Part shown: one piece after another, positions 9,619-20,814 of the stretch
Numbering within the stretch: position 1 is the first letter of the stretch
Layout: every line of letters begins with the position of its first letter
NCBI GenBank assembly: GCA_044224875.1
Contig: JBGAJQ010000045.1
Coordinates: forward strand, 14,119-43,345
Direction: 5' to 3'
Source: Gemmatimonadaceae bacterium
Lineage (GTDB): Bacteria; Gemmatimonadota; Gemmatimonadetes; Gemmatimonadales; Gemmatimonadaceae
DNA length: 29,227 nt
Notes under the pieces: model-generated
What the model was told of the DNA's origin: nothing
The model's input: the letters and a program-made list of their open reading frames with translations, nothing else
The model's database searches: none
Program-made: the position numbers and the translations under genes

Positions 9619-10539
9619 ATGGCGACCCAACAGCAGTTCGCCGGAGCGCTCGATCGGTTGGTCGAGCAAGTGCGGAAGGATCATTCCATTCTGGCCGTCA
9701 TACTCTGCGGGAGCCTGTCCCACGACACGGTCTGGGCCAAGTCGGATATCGACCTCGTGTTCGTGACGATCGACGACAAGAAGGTCGACTCCTCGCACAT
9801 CTCCTTGTATGCCGACGGAATGAACGTGCACGCCATGCTCGTTCCCCGAGCGTCCTTTCGCCGCATCGTCGAAGGGTCGCTCCGAAACTCGTTCATTCAT
9901 TCCTACCTCACCAAGGGTCGCCTCCTCTTCACACATGACGAGAGCATCGCCGCCTTGTGCGAACGGCTGCCCGATATCGGCGAGCGCGATACGCAGGTGC
10001 AGCTGCTCCACGCCGGGATCCGGGCGCTCGGCCCGATCTACAAGGCGCACAAGTTCCTGCTCACGCGCGGCGACTTGGAGTACACCGCATTATGGATCCT
10101 GTATGCGGCGACGCCGCTCGCCCAGGTGGAGGTGATCGGTCGACGTCTCCTCGCCGATCGCGAGGTGATTCCTCAGGCAATGAAGCTCAACCCTGACTTC
10201 TTTCGAGTCATCTACAGCGACCTGCTGAACAATCGAAAGACCGCCGCGAACGTTGAAGCGGCACTCGCAGCCGTCGATGCATATCTCGCCGAACGCGCCC
10301 ACGTACTCTTTGCGCCCATCGTGGAGCATCTGCAGGAAGTGGGTGAGGCACGCTCGTGCACAGAGATCGATAGCCACTTTGCGCGTACCATGGGGATCGA
10401 GGGAGCGACCGCGGCCTGCGAGTACCTCGCTGACATCGGTGTGATCGGCAAAGCGGCCACGGCAACGCGCTTGACCAGGAAGAGTCACGTGGATGTGCAA
10501 GAACTCGCGTTCTTCGCCACGAAAGGTCCAGGGGCATGA
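9619..10539 (+). CDS. Pol-beta-superfamily nucleotidyltransferase-domain protein with a helical domain and a probable C-terminal winged helix
   Basis: hGS...DhD motif ([22 protein letters not shown]). C-terminal SCTEIDSHF...[12 protein letters not shown] is wHTH-like. The start was placed at ATG 9619 (GGCAGG upstream), but the frame is open from 9454. Confidence 0.8.
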   Translation: MATQQQFAGALDRLVEQVRKDHSILAVILCGSLSHDTVWAKSDIDLVFVTIDDKKVDSSHISLYADGMNVHAMLVPRASFRRIVEGSLRNSFIHSYLTKGRLLFTHDESIAALCERLPDIGERDTQVQLLHAGIRALGPIYKAHKFLLTRGDLEYTALWILYAATPLAQVEVIGRRLLADREVIPQAMKLNPDFFRVIYSDLLNNRKTAANVEAALAAVDAYLAERAHVLFAPIVEHLQEVGEARSCTEIDSHFARTMGIEGATAACEYLADIGVIGKAATATRLTRKSHVDVQELAFFATKGPGA

Positions 10540-13481
10540 GCGGAGCCAAGCGAAAGACCGAGGCCCATCGCCCCGCCGCGCGCACTTCGATTTCCGTGCA
10601 AGGCGCACGCGTTCACAACCTGCGCAATATCTCGGTGGAGATCCCGCGCGATCAGCTGGTGGTGATCACGGGCCTTTCTGGTTCGGGAAAGTCGAGCCTT
10701 GCCTTCGACACGATCTACGCCGAAGGGCAGCGGCGGTACATGGAGTCGCTGTCGAGCTTTGCGAAGCGATTCGTGTCGCAGGTGACGAAGCCAGACGTGG
10801 ACTTCGTGTTTGGGCTGTCGCCTGTCATCTCTATTGAGCAGAAGACAGTCGCGTCCAATCCACGCTCCACGGTCGGCACGATGACCGACATCTCCAGCTA
10901 CCTCAACTTGCTCTTTGCGACGGTCGCCGAAGCCCACTGCCCGCGCACAGGTGAGGTGGTGCCGACGCGCAGTGCGAGCCAGATCCTGGAGGCCATCCTG
11001 TCCCTGCCCGCGGGCACCGCGGTCGAACTGCGCGCGCCGATCTTCAAGATCTACGGCGAAGAACTGGATGTGGTCTTCACTGAGCTGCGCAAGAAGGGGT
11101 GTCGTCGCTTGTACATCGACGGGCGCCTCACGGACCTGTCGGCCGAGGTCTCGGCTGATGAGTCCACGGTCCGCGACATGGACGCGGTGGTCGATCGCTT
11201 TGTGGTTGATCGCAAGCACGAAAAGGCGATCAAGGCGGGCATCGCCGCGGCACTGCTGGTGGGCGACGGACTGTTGCAGCTGAAGGTGGAGAAAGGGAGC
11301 AAGCCGGCGACCGAGGCGTTCTACCGGGCGACCTGCAGCCCGACCCATCGCTTCGTATATGGCGACATCGCTCCCGAATTCTTCATGTTCAACAACCCGG
11401 AAGCCGCCTGCCGGACGTGCGGTGGCCTTGGTGTCGACAAGCTGACGCATCCAGAACTCCTCGTTCCGGACCCCCAGCGCAGCATCCGCGCTGGCTGTTT
11501 CGTTCGCGAGGCCTTCAGGTACAACCCGGATACCTGGGATGGCCGGATCATGTACAGCCTCGCCACCGCCCTGGAGTTCTCGCTCGACACGCCGTGGGAA
11601 GAGCTCGCTGACGGCGTTCGGCACGCCATCCTCTACGGGATCGAGCCACGGAAGATCCGAGTTGCCACGCCACCCGAGGCAACGGTGCGCCGCCCCGAGT
11701 GGGAGCGTCACGATGTGGGGTTCCACGGTATTGCGCGTCGCATCGAACGACACTATCGGCGCTACCGACAACAGGGCGAGGCCAACTCCCGCATGGAGGA
11801 GTGGCTGGACAAGGTGATGGTCGAGCACACGTGCCCCGACTGCAACGGCGCACGACTGCGCGCCACACGACAGCTCTTCTCCGTCAGCGGGAAGTCCATC
11901 TACGACGTCGGGCAGCTCCACTTCGACGAACTCCACCAGTTCCTGGGCACGGTTAAGTTGAGTGGCCGAGGGGCTGACGCCGGAAAGCAGGTCCTCGGCG
12001 AGATTCGAGCGCGCCTCCAGCTGTTGTTAGGCATCGGGTTGGACTACCTCAGCTTCAACAGGCGCTCCGGAACGCTGTCGGGCGGAGAGTCACAGCGCAT
12101 CAGGTTGTCCACCCAGATCGGGTCCGGGCTGATGGGGATGCTGTATGTGTTGGACGAGCCAAGCATCGGGCTCCACCCCAAGGACAACGTGAAGATGATC
12201 GCGACGCTCGAACGGTTGCGCGACATCGGCAACACGGTGATCGTGGTCGAGCACGACGAGGACACTATTCGCGCTGCCGACCACGTGGTTGAGATGGGCC
12301 CGGGACCAGGCGTTCACGGCGGCCAAGTCGTTGCCCAGGGTACGCTGGATGACGTGCTCCGTTGCAAGACTTCGCCGACTGGTCAGTTCCTGTCCGGCAA
12401 GCGGGCGATCGCGACTCCGACTGAGCGACGCCCAGGCAACGGCAGGGTGCTTCGCGTACGCGGAGCACGCGAGAACAACCTCAAGTCGATTGACGTCGAT
12501 TTCCCGTTAGGGCAAATGATCGCGATCACTGGCGCGTCCGGTTCCGGCAAGAGTACCCTGGTGAGCGACGTCCTCTTCAAGGCCCTGTGGAAGCGGCTTG
12601 AAGACTCGCGCACACTGCCAGGCGAGCACGACGCCGTGGACGGCATGGAGTTCGTCCATAAGGTGGTGAGCATCGACCAGACGCCCATCGGCCGGAACTC
12701 CCGTTCCAATCCGGCCACCTACATTGGCTTCTACGATGCGATCCGCGACCTCTTTACCGCCGCGCCGCTCGCCGTGGAGCGTGAATACAAACCCGGTCGC
12801 TTCAGCTTCAACGTGAAGGGAGGGCGCTGCGAAGAATGTCAGGGCGAAGGGGTCATCACGACACAACTGTACTTCATGCCGGATGTGGAAGTCCTCTGCG
12901 CCGCCTGCAAGGGTGCCAGGTTCAACGCGGAGACACTCGAGGTCACCCTTCGCGGCAAGACCATCGATGACGTCCTGAACATGTCGGTGGAGGAGGCCGC
13001 CGCATTCTTCCGCACGGAACCGGTGATCCGAAAGAAGGTCGAGGTGCTGAATGACCTGGGTCTCGGTTACCTGACGTTAGGTCAGTCCGCCACCACGCTT
13101 TCCGGCGGGGAGGCACAACGCGTGAAGATCGCGACCGAGCTGAGCAAGCTGCAGCGAGCCAGGCACACCCTCTACATCCTCGACGAGCCAACTACCGGGT
13201 TGCACCTGGCTGACGTGGAGCGATTGCTGGCATCACTGAACCAGCTCGTGGACGCCGGCCATACCGTCGTCCTCATCGAACATCATCTGGACGTGATCAA
13301 GACGGCGGACCACGTCATCGACCTCGGCCCCGAGGGCGGACACGCCGGCGGAGAAGTGGTCGTCACCGGCACCCCGGAACAGGTCGCGGCATGCAAGGCC
13401 TCGCACACGGGCCGCTTCCTCAAGACGCACCTCAATGCGCCAGGGTCGGCTACAGGAGGTCGTAGGCGAAGCAGGCCGTAA
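10536..13481 (+). CDS. uvrA: Excinuclease ABC subunit A family protein (divergent UvrA, probably a paralog)
   Basis: Two ABC cassettes ([42 protein letters not shown]), AEGQRRY, RSNPATY, Zn motifs CRTC/CPDC and CEEC/CAAC. ATGA overlap with the upstream gene. Confidence 0.95.
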   Translation: MSGAKRKTEAHRPAARTSISVQGARVHNLRNISVEIPRDQLVVITGLSGSGKSSLAFDTIYAEGQRRYMESLSSFAKRFVSQVTKPDVDFVFGLSPVISIEQKTVASNPRSTVGTMTDISSYLNLLFATVAEAHCPRTGEVVPTRSASQILEAILSLPAGTAVELRAPIFKIYGEELDVVFTELRKKGCRRLYIDGRLTDLSAEVSADESTVRDMDAVVDRFVVDRKHEKAIKAGIAAALLVGDGLLQLKVEKGSKPATEAFYRATCSPTHRFVYGDIAPEFFMFNNPEAACRTCGGLGVDKLTHPELLVPDPQRSIRAGCFVREAFRYNPDTWDGRIMYSLATALEFSLDTPWEELADGVRHAILYGIEPRKIRVATPPEATVRRPEWERHDVGFHGIARRIERHYRRYRQQGEANSRMEEWLDKVMVEHTCPDCNGARLRATRQLFSVSGKSIYDVGQLHFDELHQFLGTVKLSGRGADAGKQVLGEIRARLQLLLGIGLDYLSFNRRSGTLSGGESQRIRLSTQIGSGLMGMLYVLDEPSIGLHPKDNVKMIATLERLRDIGNTVIVVEHDEDTIRAADHVVEMGPGPGVHGGQVVAQGTLDDVLRCKTSPTGQFLSGKRAIATPTERRPGNGRVLRVRGARENNLKSIDVDFPLGQMIAITGASGSGKSTLVSDVLFKALWKRLEDSRTLPGEHDAVDGMEFVHKVVSIDQTPIGRNSRSNPATYIGFYDAIRDLFTAAPLAVEREYKPGRFSFNVKGGRCEECQGEGVITTQLYFMPDVEVLCAACKGARFNAETLEVTLRGKTIDDVLNMSVEEAAAFFRTEPVIRKKVEVLNDLGLGYLTLGQSATTLSGGEAQRVKIATELSKLQRARHTLYILDEPTTGLHLADVERLLASLNQLVDAGHTVVLIEHHLDVIKTADHVIDLGPEGGHAGGEVVVTGTPEQVAACKASHTGRFLKTHLNAPGSATGGRRRSRP

Positions 13482-13623
13482 ATTGGCGCGATCAGGCTAG
13501 GCCTTTTGCGTCGCCCCGTGGGGAGGGACCGGTTGCAGATGCAACGAGCCGGCCCTAACGCGCGTTCATGGAACAGCTAGCTTCATCGCGTTCACGTGCC
13601 GCCACCATTCACGTCACACGCCC

Positions 13624-16600
13624 ATGTCCCGTAGCATCTGGATCCCCAGTGCGATCGCGCTGGCAGCCTTCATTGCGCCAGCTCAGGCGCAACGCCCCCG
13701 TACCCCTCCGGTCACCTCGGCGCAGTTCACCGCGCCCGCGCTCACCTTCGACACGCTGCTGTACAACGCCATGCGGTACCGGATGATCGGTCCGTTTCGC
13801 GGAGGCCGATCGACCGCCGTGACCGGCGTCGCCGACCAGCCTTACCTCTTCTACATGGGCAGCACAGGAGGTGGAGTCTGGAAATCGGAGGACGCTGGGC
13901 AGCATTGGGACAATATCTCGGACGGCTACTTCGGCGGTTCGATCGGCGCGATCGATGTGGCAGACGCCGATGCCAATGTCATCTACGTGGGCACGGGTTC
14001 CGGCGACATCCGAGGCAATACGTCGGTCGGCCGCGGCATCTGGAAATCCACGGACGCAGGTAAGACGTGGAAATTTTCCGGCCTCGCTGAATCGCAGGCG
14101 ATCCGCCGCATTGCCGTGCATCCGAAAAACCCGGACATAGCGTGGGCCGCGGTGGTGGGGCACCCGTTCGGACGTAACGCCGAGCGAGGGATCTATCGCA
14201 CCACGAATGGCGGCACGAGTTGGGATCGCGTCCTGTACCTCAATGACTCGACCGGTGCGTCGGACCTGGCCGTGAACTGGGTGAACCCGCGCATCCTCTA
14301 CGCCGCCATGTGGCGCGCCGAGCGAAAGCCGTACTCCATGCTCTCGGGTAGCAGCCAGGGCGGGATCTGGAAAAGCGTCGACGGCGGGGACACGTGGAGC
14401 AAACTGGCAGGCGGGCTTCCCGAAGGCATGACGGGAAAGATCGGGGTGACGGTGAGTCGAGCCAATCCAGCCCGCGTATGGGCGATCGTTGAAGCTGAAC
14501 CAGCCGGCGGCGTGTATCGGAGCGATGATGCCGGAAAGACATGGATTCGCACCAACAGTGAGAACAAGCTCCGTCAGCGTGCCTGGTACTACACGCGCAT
14601 CGAAGCCGATCCCACCGACGAGAATACAGTCTACGCCCTCAACACCAGCATCTATAGGTCCGTGGACGGGGGCAAGACGTTTGACCCGATCGAGGTGCCA
14701 CACGGCGATACCCACGACCTGTGGATCAACGAGAAGGACCATCGCTTCCTGATCTTGGGCGACGACGGTGGAGCACAGGTCAGCCTGACCCAGGGCAAGT
14801 CGTGGAGCACGATGAACAACCAACCCACCGCCGAGTTCTACGATGTGGTGACGGATAACGGCTTCCCGTATCGGGTGTACTCCTCGCAGCAAGACAACAC
14901 GAGCATCTCGATCCCATCCTTCATGGGGCCGAACGTGTTGCACCCGACGCAAGAATGGGAGTACGCATCAGGCTGCGAAACCGGACCGGTGGCCCTGCAC
15001 CCCGATCACGCGGATATCATCTACGGCGGCTGCTACGGTGGCGCCATCAATCGCCTCGACACGAAGTCGGGTGAGCGTCGCGACGTGATCCTTTATCCTC
15101 AGCTACAACTCGGTCAGGCCGCGAAGGACCTGAAGTACCGTTTCCAATGGGTTGCACCAATCCTCGTGTCCAGGCACGACCCGAACGTGGTGTACCACGG
15201 GTCCCAGTACTTGCACCGCACGAAGGACGGAGGCATGACGTGGGAGACCATCTCGCCCGACCTCACCACCAACCACAAGCCATTTCAGGAGTACGCCGGC
15301 GGCCCCATCAACCATGACGTGACGGGCGTCGAGATCTACACCACGCTCTTCGCCATCAGCGAAGATCCCAAGGATGCCAAGACCCTCTGGACCGGCAGCG
15401 ACGATGGCAAGGTGCATGTCACGCGCAACAGCGGCGGAAACTGGGAAGACATCACTCCGCGGGACATGCCGGCGTTTGCCACGGTCGAGAACATCGAGTT
15501 GTCGGTCCACAAGGACGGCCGCGCCTACCTCGCGGCCCAGAAGTACCGATTCGATGACTTCAAGCCGTACATCTGGCGCACGGACGACTACGGAAAGACG
15601 TGGACGCTCCTCACCGACGGGGCGAACGGCATTCCCGCCGGGTACCCGGTTCGCTCCGTTCGAGAGGATCCCGTCACCGACGGGTTGCTCTATGCCGGCA
15701 CCGAGTTCGGTGTCTTCGTGAGCTTCAACGCCGGAAAGTCCTGGCAGTCGTTGCAGCTCAACCTTCCGGTCTCCCCGGTGGCGGACATGCGGGTGCACGA
15801 CAATGACCTGGTGCTCGCCACCCAAGGCCGATCCTTCTGGATCCTGGACGATCTCTCACCCTTGCGTCAGTTGTCAGACGTGGCGGCAAATGCGCCGGCC
15901 CATCTCTACCGTCCGCGAGATACCTATCGTCTGGACCTGGGGGAGGGTGGAGCTGGCGGCGTAGAGTCGCGCCCCGAAAATCGCCCCGATGGTGCGGTGC
16001 TCACGTTCTACCTTGGCGGCGCCCCCGCGGATGCCGTGAAGCTCGAGGTCCTCGACGGGCAAGGACGCGTGGTGCGATCCTTCACCTCAGACACGGCCCT
16101 CGCGCGCAAGGCAAACACAAAGGCAGTCACGACCCAGAAGGGAATGAACCGGTACCTGTGGGATCTTACCTATCCAGGCCCAGACGCGGTGAAGGGACAA
16201 GTCATCTGGGGCTACTTCGCTGGCGTCAAGGCGCCTCCCGGAGACTACCAGGTGCGCCTGACGGCGAACGGCGTCACGCAATCACGCCCCTTCCGCGTAC
16301 TCGGTGACCCACGCCTCACCACGGTCACGCAAGCCGACTACGACGAGCAGTTCAAGCTCGGCATCACCCTGCGCGACAGTATCAACGCGGTGAATCGATC
16401 GATTGAGCTGGCGAGAGCGGTGAAGGAGCAGGCGACGCGCGCGTTGGAACAGGCCGGCCGCGTGGGCCGCGAGAACGACGTGAAGCCCGCCACCGATTCG
16501 CTCAACGGCAAGCTCTCCGCCGTTGAGGGGGACATGATCCAGGTGAAAAGCGAGAGCGGCCAGGATCCCATCCGACACGCCGGCAAGATCGACAACAGCC

Positions 16601-16830
16601 TCGCGGAGATCTACGGCAACGTGACGGGGAACGACGGCTACATCCATGGTGGACCCGAGGGACGCCCAACCCGCGGCGCGTACGAACGCATGGCCGACGT
16701 ACTCAAGGAGTGGACACCGGTCTCCCAACGGCTCCAACTGATCCTCGACAAGGACGTGCCAGCGTTCAACGACCTCCTCAAGCGCCTGGGACTCGGGGCA
16801 ATCGTCGTACCGAAAAAGACCGTGATGTAG
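13624..16830 (+). CDS. Large secreted VPS10/BNR-repeat glycosyl-hydrolase-like protein
   Basis: Signal peptide ending AQA-Q, YRMIGPFRGGRS, many Asp-boxes, RQRAWYY, PHGDTHDLW, QQDN, TQGRSFW, an Ig-like module and a helical C-terminus. Confidence 0.9.
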   Translation: MSRSIWIPSAIALAAFIAPAQAQRPRTPPVTSAQFTAPALTFDTLLYNAMRYRMIGPFRGGRSTAVTGVADQPYLFYMGSTGGGVWKSEDAGQHWDNISDGYFGGSIGAIDVADADANVIYVGTGSGDIRGNTSVGRGIWKSTDAGKTWKFSGLAESQAIRRIAVHPKNPDIAWAAVVGHPFGRNAERGIYRTTNGGTSWDRVLYLNDSTGASDLAVNWVNPRILYAAMWRAERKPYSMLSGSSQGGIWKSVDGGDTWSKLAGGLPEGMTGKIGVTVSRANPARVWAIVEAEPAGGVYRSDDAGKTWIRTNSENKLRQRAWYYTRIEADPTDENTVYALNTSIYRSVDGGKTFDPIEVPHGDTHDLWINEKDHRFLILGDDGGAQVSLTQGKSWSTMNNQPTAEFYDVVTDNGFPYRVYSSQQDNTSISIPSFMGPNVLHPTQEWEYASGCETGPVALHPDHADIIYGGCYGGAINRLDTKSGERRDVILYPQLQLGQAAKDLKYRFQWVAPILVSRHDPNVVYHGSQYLHRTKDGGMTWETISPDLTTNHKPFQEYAGGPINHDVTGVEIYTTLFAISEDPKDAKTLWTGSDDGKVHVTRNSGGNWEDITPRDMPAFATVENIELSVHKDGRAYLAAQKYRFDDFKPYIWRTDDYGKTWTLLTDGANGIPAGYPVRSVREDPVTDGLLYAGTEFGVFVSFNAGKSWQSLQLNLPVSPVADMRVHDNDLVLATQGRSFWILDDLSPLRQLSDVAANAPAHLYRPRDTYRLDLGEGGAGGVESRPENRPDGAVLTFYLGGAPADAVKLEVLDGQGRVVRSFTSDTALARKANTKAVTTQKGMNRYLWDLTYPGPDAVKGQVIWGYFAGVKAPPGDYQVRLTANGVTQSRPFRVLGDPRLTTVTQADYDEQFKLGITLRDSINAVNRSIELARAVKEQATRALEQAGRVGRENDVKPATDSLNGKLSAVEGDMIQVKSESGQDPIRHAGKIDNSLAEIYGNVTGNDGYIHGGPEGRPTRGAYERMADVLKEWTPVSQRLQLILDKDVPAFNDLLKRLGLGAIVVPKKTVM

Positions 16831-16844
16831 CGAGTCACTTGGCG

Positions 16845-16900
16845 CGGCGGGGGGCGGTGTGCACGTTGCAGCTGCCGTACAACACCGACCCCACCCGCCG
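16845..16900. terminator. Long GC-rich imperfect inverted repeat between convergent genes; possible bidirectional terminator or REP-like element
   Basis: CGGCGGG(16845-51) pairs with CCCGCCG(16894-900), and CGGTGT(16855-60) pairs with ACACCG(16882-87). There is no U-tract. Confidence 0.45.
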
Positions 16901-16921
16901 GCTTCGACTTGGGCCGCGGGG

Positions 16922-19243
16922 CTACGGCACCACCCGCGGCTTTCCGATCTGGTAATCCTTGGGAGGCTCACCGCCGCCCAGGTATTTCACGAAATAATCC
17001 CAGCGCCGGCCCATCATGTAGTTGGAGTCGGACCCGTACCCGTGGCGTGCGTTCGGCAGGATCAGCAGGTCGAACGACTTTCCTGCCTTCACCAGGGCAT
17101 CCACCACCAACTCCGTGTTGTATGGTGGCACGTTGTCATCCAGCCCGCCGTGCGCAAGGAACAACTTCCCCTTCAGGTTCTTGGCGTACGTCTGGTTCGC
17201 CTCGGCGGCGTAGTTGTCGGAGCTGCCGGTGCGCACCAGCAGCCCCTGATAGCGCTCGCCCCAATCGTCCTCATAGTTCCGGTTGTCGTGATTACCGGAC
17301 TCCGATATGCCCACCTTGAAGAAATCCGGGAAGCGGAACATCGCCGATGCGGTGGCGAACCCTCCGCCGGAATGCCCCCAGATTCCGACCTTGTCGATAT
17401 CGATGAAGGGATAACGTTGCGCCAACTCCTTGATCCCTGCCACTTGGTCGGGAAGAGTGTTGTCGCCCATGCGGCCATAATAGGCGTCGTGGAACGTCTT
17501 CGATCGACCGGGCGTTCCCATGCCATCGATCGCGACGACCACGAAGCCGAGTTCGGCCAACGCCTGATGGTCGATACGCGCGACGCCAAAGCTCCGAGGC
17601 CCAACGCTTCCTGATTGCGGTCCCGGATAGATATAGTCGACGATGGGATACTTCCGCGTGGAGTCCATCTTCGTCGGTGTGTACATCAGACCGTAGATGT
17701 CCGTCGTGCCATCGCGCGCCTTCATTCGGATTGGCGTGGGAGGCTTCCAGCCGATGGCGACCAGCCGCGACACATCGCCTTGCTCGAGCGTCTGCACCAG
17801 CTTCCCGGAAATCTCGCGTAGGACCGTGACCGGCGGCGTGTCGGGCGTTGAGTAACTGTCGACGAAGTACTTCCCGTCGGGTGAGAGCGTCACCGTATGA
17901 TCGGCATTCTCCGGCGTGAGCAGCGTCTGCGCTCGGCCGTCGAACCCGACGCGGTAGAGGTGCCGGAAGTAGGGGTCCCGGCCGGGCTCCTTCCCGTTGC
18001 CCATGAAGTACACGACGCGTGCCTTCTCGTCTACGCGCAAGACATCGGCGACGTTGCCGTCGCCACTCGTTATGCGGTTCTTGAGCGTGCCCGTCGCCAA
18101 ATCGTATAGATACAGGTGCAACCAGTCTTCACGCTCCGACCACCAGATGAGCTCATTCGAGGACGGCAATACGCGCCACAAGTTCTCACGAAGCGATGCA
18201 TCGCCGACTTGTGTGGCGCTCTTTTCCTCAAAGAGCGTGCGTACCTCACCCGTTTGCGCATCGGCCACGCGGAACCACGCACTCTTGTGATCGCGCGAGC
18301 TGGATACGAAGGCGACGTGCGAGCCGTCAGGGTACCACTCCACGTCGCAGATGTCACCGCCACAGGCGATGTGATCCGATACGGTGGAGCGGTGCGCGTC
18401 CGGTGGCATCTGCAGACGCACCACGCGTGGGCGACCCTCCGGATCCCGGCTGATGATCACTCGGCTGATCCGGAACACGACCGAGTCGCCGGGCAGCGGG
18501 TACTTCCACGCTTCCAGTCGCGGGCTCCCGACGTTCGTCGACACCAGGAACATGTCGCGGACACCGCGTCCATCGTGCTGGAATGTGGCGATCTGCCGCG
18601 AGTCCGCCGACCAGGTGAGCACGGGGTTGTCGCTATGGACCCAACCGGCGTTGTTAGTCGCGTATCCGAAGTCCTTCACCCCATCAGTCGTCAGCTGCGT
18701 CTCGGTGCCCGTGGTGAGGTCCTTCACCCACAGGTTGAAGTCCCGGATGAACGCCGCCGACTTTCCGTCGGGTGACACGCTCGAATGCTCGGGGGCGGCC
18801 GCCAGCCCCGACGTTGGGGCGGCGCTGCAAGTATACGACACCAAGTCGCAGCTCAAGCGCTTGCCTTGCACCGAGCCGGTGAGCGTCTTGAGGTCGCTCG
18901 ACAGCTCGAACGTCGGCAATGGGAGACGGTCCCCTGTCACGGTGGCCCCCGTCGCCGCCGACAGTGCCGTTGCCAGACGGGCATGGTCGAACAACGGGTT
19001 CTTCGTGCGGCGTACCGGATCCACCAGGTAGAAGGCGCTGCCGGCGGCCGTCGAGGCCCGGTACCAGAAACGCCCGCCAGTGGCCAGCCACGTCGGTCGA
19101 CCGGCGACTCCGCTCACGAGGGGATTGGCATTCGGGCCGAGGAACTGCTCGGCACGCGCGTAGTCTTCCGCCGTGTATACGCGCGGTTGCTGCGCGGCCA
19201 GCGGAAGGGCGACGAGCAGAAGGGAAGATCGTAGCAGGTGCAT
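16922..19243 (-). CDS. S9B dipeptidyl-peptidase IV family peptidase, exported
   Basis: Signal peptide ending LAA-Q, DPPIV_N propeller, YPGPQ, catalytic GHSGGG, DDNV and ARHG. Confidence 0.93.
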   Translation of the reverse strand: MHLLRSSLLLVALPLAAQQPRVYTAEDYARAEQFLGPNANPLVSGVAGRPTWLATGGRFWYRASTAAGSAFYLVDPVRRTKNPLFDHARLATALSAATGATVTGDRLPLPTFELSSDLKTLTGSVQGKRLSCDLVSYTCSAAPTSGLAAAPEHSSVSPDGKSAAFIRDFNLWVKDLTTGTETQLTTDGVKDFGYATNNAGWVHSDNPVLTWSADSRQIATFQHDGRGVRDMFLVSTNVGSPRLEAWKYPLPGDSVVFRISRVIISRDPEGRPRVVRLQMPPDAHRSTVSDHIACGGDICDVEWYPDGSHVAFVSSSRDHKSAWFRVADAQTGEVRTLFEEKSATQVGDASLRENLWRVLPSSNELIWWSEREDWLHLYLYDLATGTLKNRITSGDGNVADVLRVDEKARVVYFMGNGKEPGRDPYFRHLYRVGFDGRAQTLLTPENADHTVTLSPDGKYFVDSYSTPDTPPVTVLREISGKLVQTLEQGDVSRLVAIGWKPPTPIRMKARDGTTDIYGLMYTPTKMDSTRKYPIVDYIYPGPQSGSVGPRSFGVARIDHQALAELGFVVVAIDGMGTPGRSKTFHDAYYGRMGDNTLPDQVAGIKELAQRYPFIDIDKVGIWGHSGGGFATASAMFRFPDFFKVGISESGNHDNRNYEDDWGERYQGLLVRTGSSDNYAAEANQTYAKNLKGKLFLAHGGLDDNVPPYNTELVVDALVKAGKSFDLLILPNARHGYGSDSNYMMGRRWDYFVKYLGGGEPPKDYQIGKPRVVP

Positions 19244-19308
19244 GGGCGTGGATGGAACGTTGTGAGTTATCAGACCAGTTACTGTCGAGATGTCAACCGA
19301 TCACCCAC

Positions 19309-20814
19309 CTAACTCTTCTTGACCGCCGTCATGAGCGTCGTCATTCCCTTGCGAAGGGCCTCCTCGCCGACCTCAGCGCCGCGATATTTCCCGATGCGGA
19401 CAATGACGAGATCGTGCGACGGCACGATCCAGCAACTCTGTCCTCCCGCGCCGAGCATGGCGTAGGCCGTTGTCGGCAATGGCTGGCCGCCGTCGCGATT
19501 CACCCAGAAGAACCCGCCACCATACACAGGACGACCATCCGCGAGCCACGCGGGAGCTGGGGTGCTGACATAGTCCACGTATCCAGCGGGCAGCAACCGT
19601 TCACCGTTCCACACACCGTCTTGCAGGTACAGGTTGCCTAACCGGGCCCAGTCACGCGCTGCGATGGCCTCGTAACCCTGACCCAGGAAGTTCCCGTAGG
19701 GGTCCGTATAGATGATGGCATCCCGCATCCCGAGTTTCTCGAAAAGGGCGCGCGTCGGGAAGGAATGATAGTCTTCTTTCAACTTCTCGGCTCCCAGCCT
19801 AACGAGGTAACTGCCAAGCACGGGGTCCGTATTGCGATAGCGGCCGACGGTGTTCGGCTTCCACTGCTGTGGACGTGTGGCGGCCCACTCGTAGGAGTTG
19901 ATCGTTCCCGTGTAGTAGTAGAGATGATCGGGGTACCCGAGCTTGGGGTCGAAGTCGGGGTCTTGCGGCGCCCGGATGCGTAGCCCGCTCGACATGCGCA
20001 TGATGTCCATGATGCGAATGGCCTGTCTCGGATCGCCGGGCTTCTGCCATTCCGGGATCGGCGCCGGCTGGTCCAGCTTGTAAACGCCGCGCTGGATCAG
20101 TCGAGCCACCAACGTGCCGGTGACGCTCTTGCCCATGGACCAGCTTTCCAGCGGCGTGTGAATGCCGATCCCACTGAGGTATCGCTCGCCAATGATGCGC
20201 CCCTTATAGGTGACGACGAACCCTTCGGTCATCGCCTCCGGCGGGCCAAACGCCTCGTTGACGGCCCGCGCCACCAGGGCCGAGTCGACACCGGCGGGCC
20301 AAGGCGTCCTTGGCAAGACGTCACCCATCGGCCACGGTGTCGTTGCGGCTGACGGAAGTGTCATCGTGACCACGGACGGCGTGAAGTACACGGAGTCCTT
20401 GCCGATCGGCAGGGCGACGCATCCCTGGCTGCCGTAACGCTTGGCCACCCGCGTGACCCCATTCTTGAGCGTCAACCGCACCGCCTGGTGGACGCGGTCG
20501 ATCACCGTGTCCTTCACCTCGCTGCGGAACTCCGGTGGTCCCGTGAAGAACCCAACGTTCGCTGCCGCATCCTTTGGGTCGAGTCCTGTGAGGAACACCG
20601 CTGCGCACAAGGTCGTCGCAAATCCCGCCGTGTGATGCGCCAGCGGATCTCCAGGAACCGGAGTCCATTTCGTCGGCAGTTGCAACGAATCGCCGCGGGC
20701 GACGACCGCCGCGCGAGACTTCGTCGGAAGGGGCGCCGGAGTCTCCGTCTGCGCCGCCAGGACGCTCGGGAGTGCGGTCGCAAGAACCAGCAGACGGGAC
20801 GATCGAAATCGCAT
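19309..20814 (-). CDS. Beta-lactamase-class-C-like serine hydrolase, exported
   Basis: SxxK (WSMGKS), YxN (YRN), ARDWARLG and LGAGGQ. ATG 20814 has GAGG upstream and a signal peptide ending LAA-Q. Confidence 0.88.
   Translation of the reverse strand: MRFRSSRLLVLATALPSVLAAQTETPAPLPTKSRAAVVARGDSLQLPTKWTPVPGDPLAHHTAGFATTLCAAVFLTGLDPKDAAANVGFFTGPPEFRSEVKDTVIDRVHQAVRLTLKNGVTRVAKRYGSQGCVALPIGKDSVYFTPSVVTMTLPSAATTPWPMGDVLPRTPWPAGVDSALVARAVNEAFGPPEAMTEGFVVTYKGRIIGERYLSGIGIHTPLESWSMGKSVTGTLVARLIQRGVYKLDQPAPIPEWQKPGDPRQAIRIMDIMRMSSGLRIRAPQDPDFDPKLGYPDHLYYYTGTINSYEWAATRPQQWKPNTVGRYRNTDPVLGSYLVRLGAEKLKEDYHSFPTRALFEKLGMRDAIIYTDPYGNFLGQGYEAIAARDWARLGNLYLQDGVWNGERLLPAGYVDYVSTPAPAWLADGRPVYGGGFFWVNRDGGQPLPTTAYAMLGAGGQSCWIVPSHDLVIVRIGKYRGAEVGEEALRKGMTTLMTAVKKS

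Noticed and set aside
19309..20814. A true antibiotic-resistance beta-lactamase
   Set aside because: SxxK/YxN motifs are shared by a broad esterase/amidase family, and nothing in the sequence indicates beta-lactam specificity.
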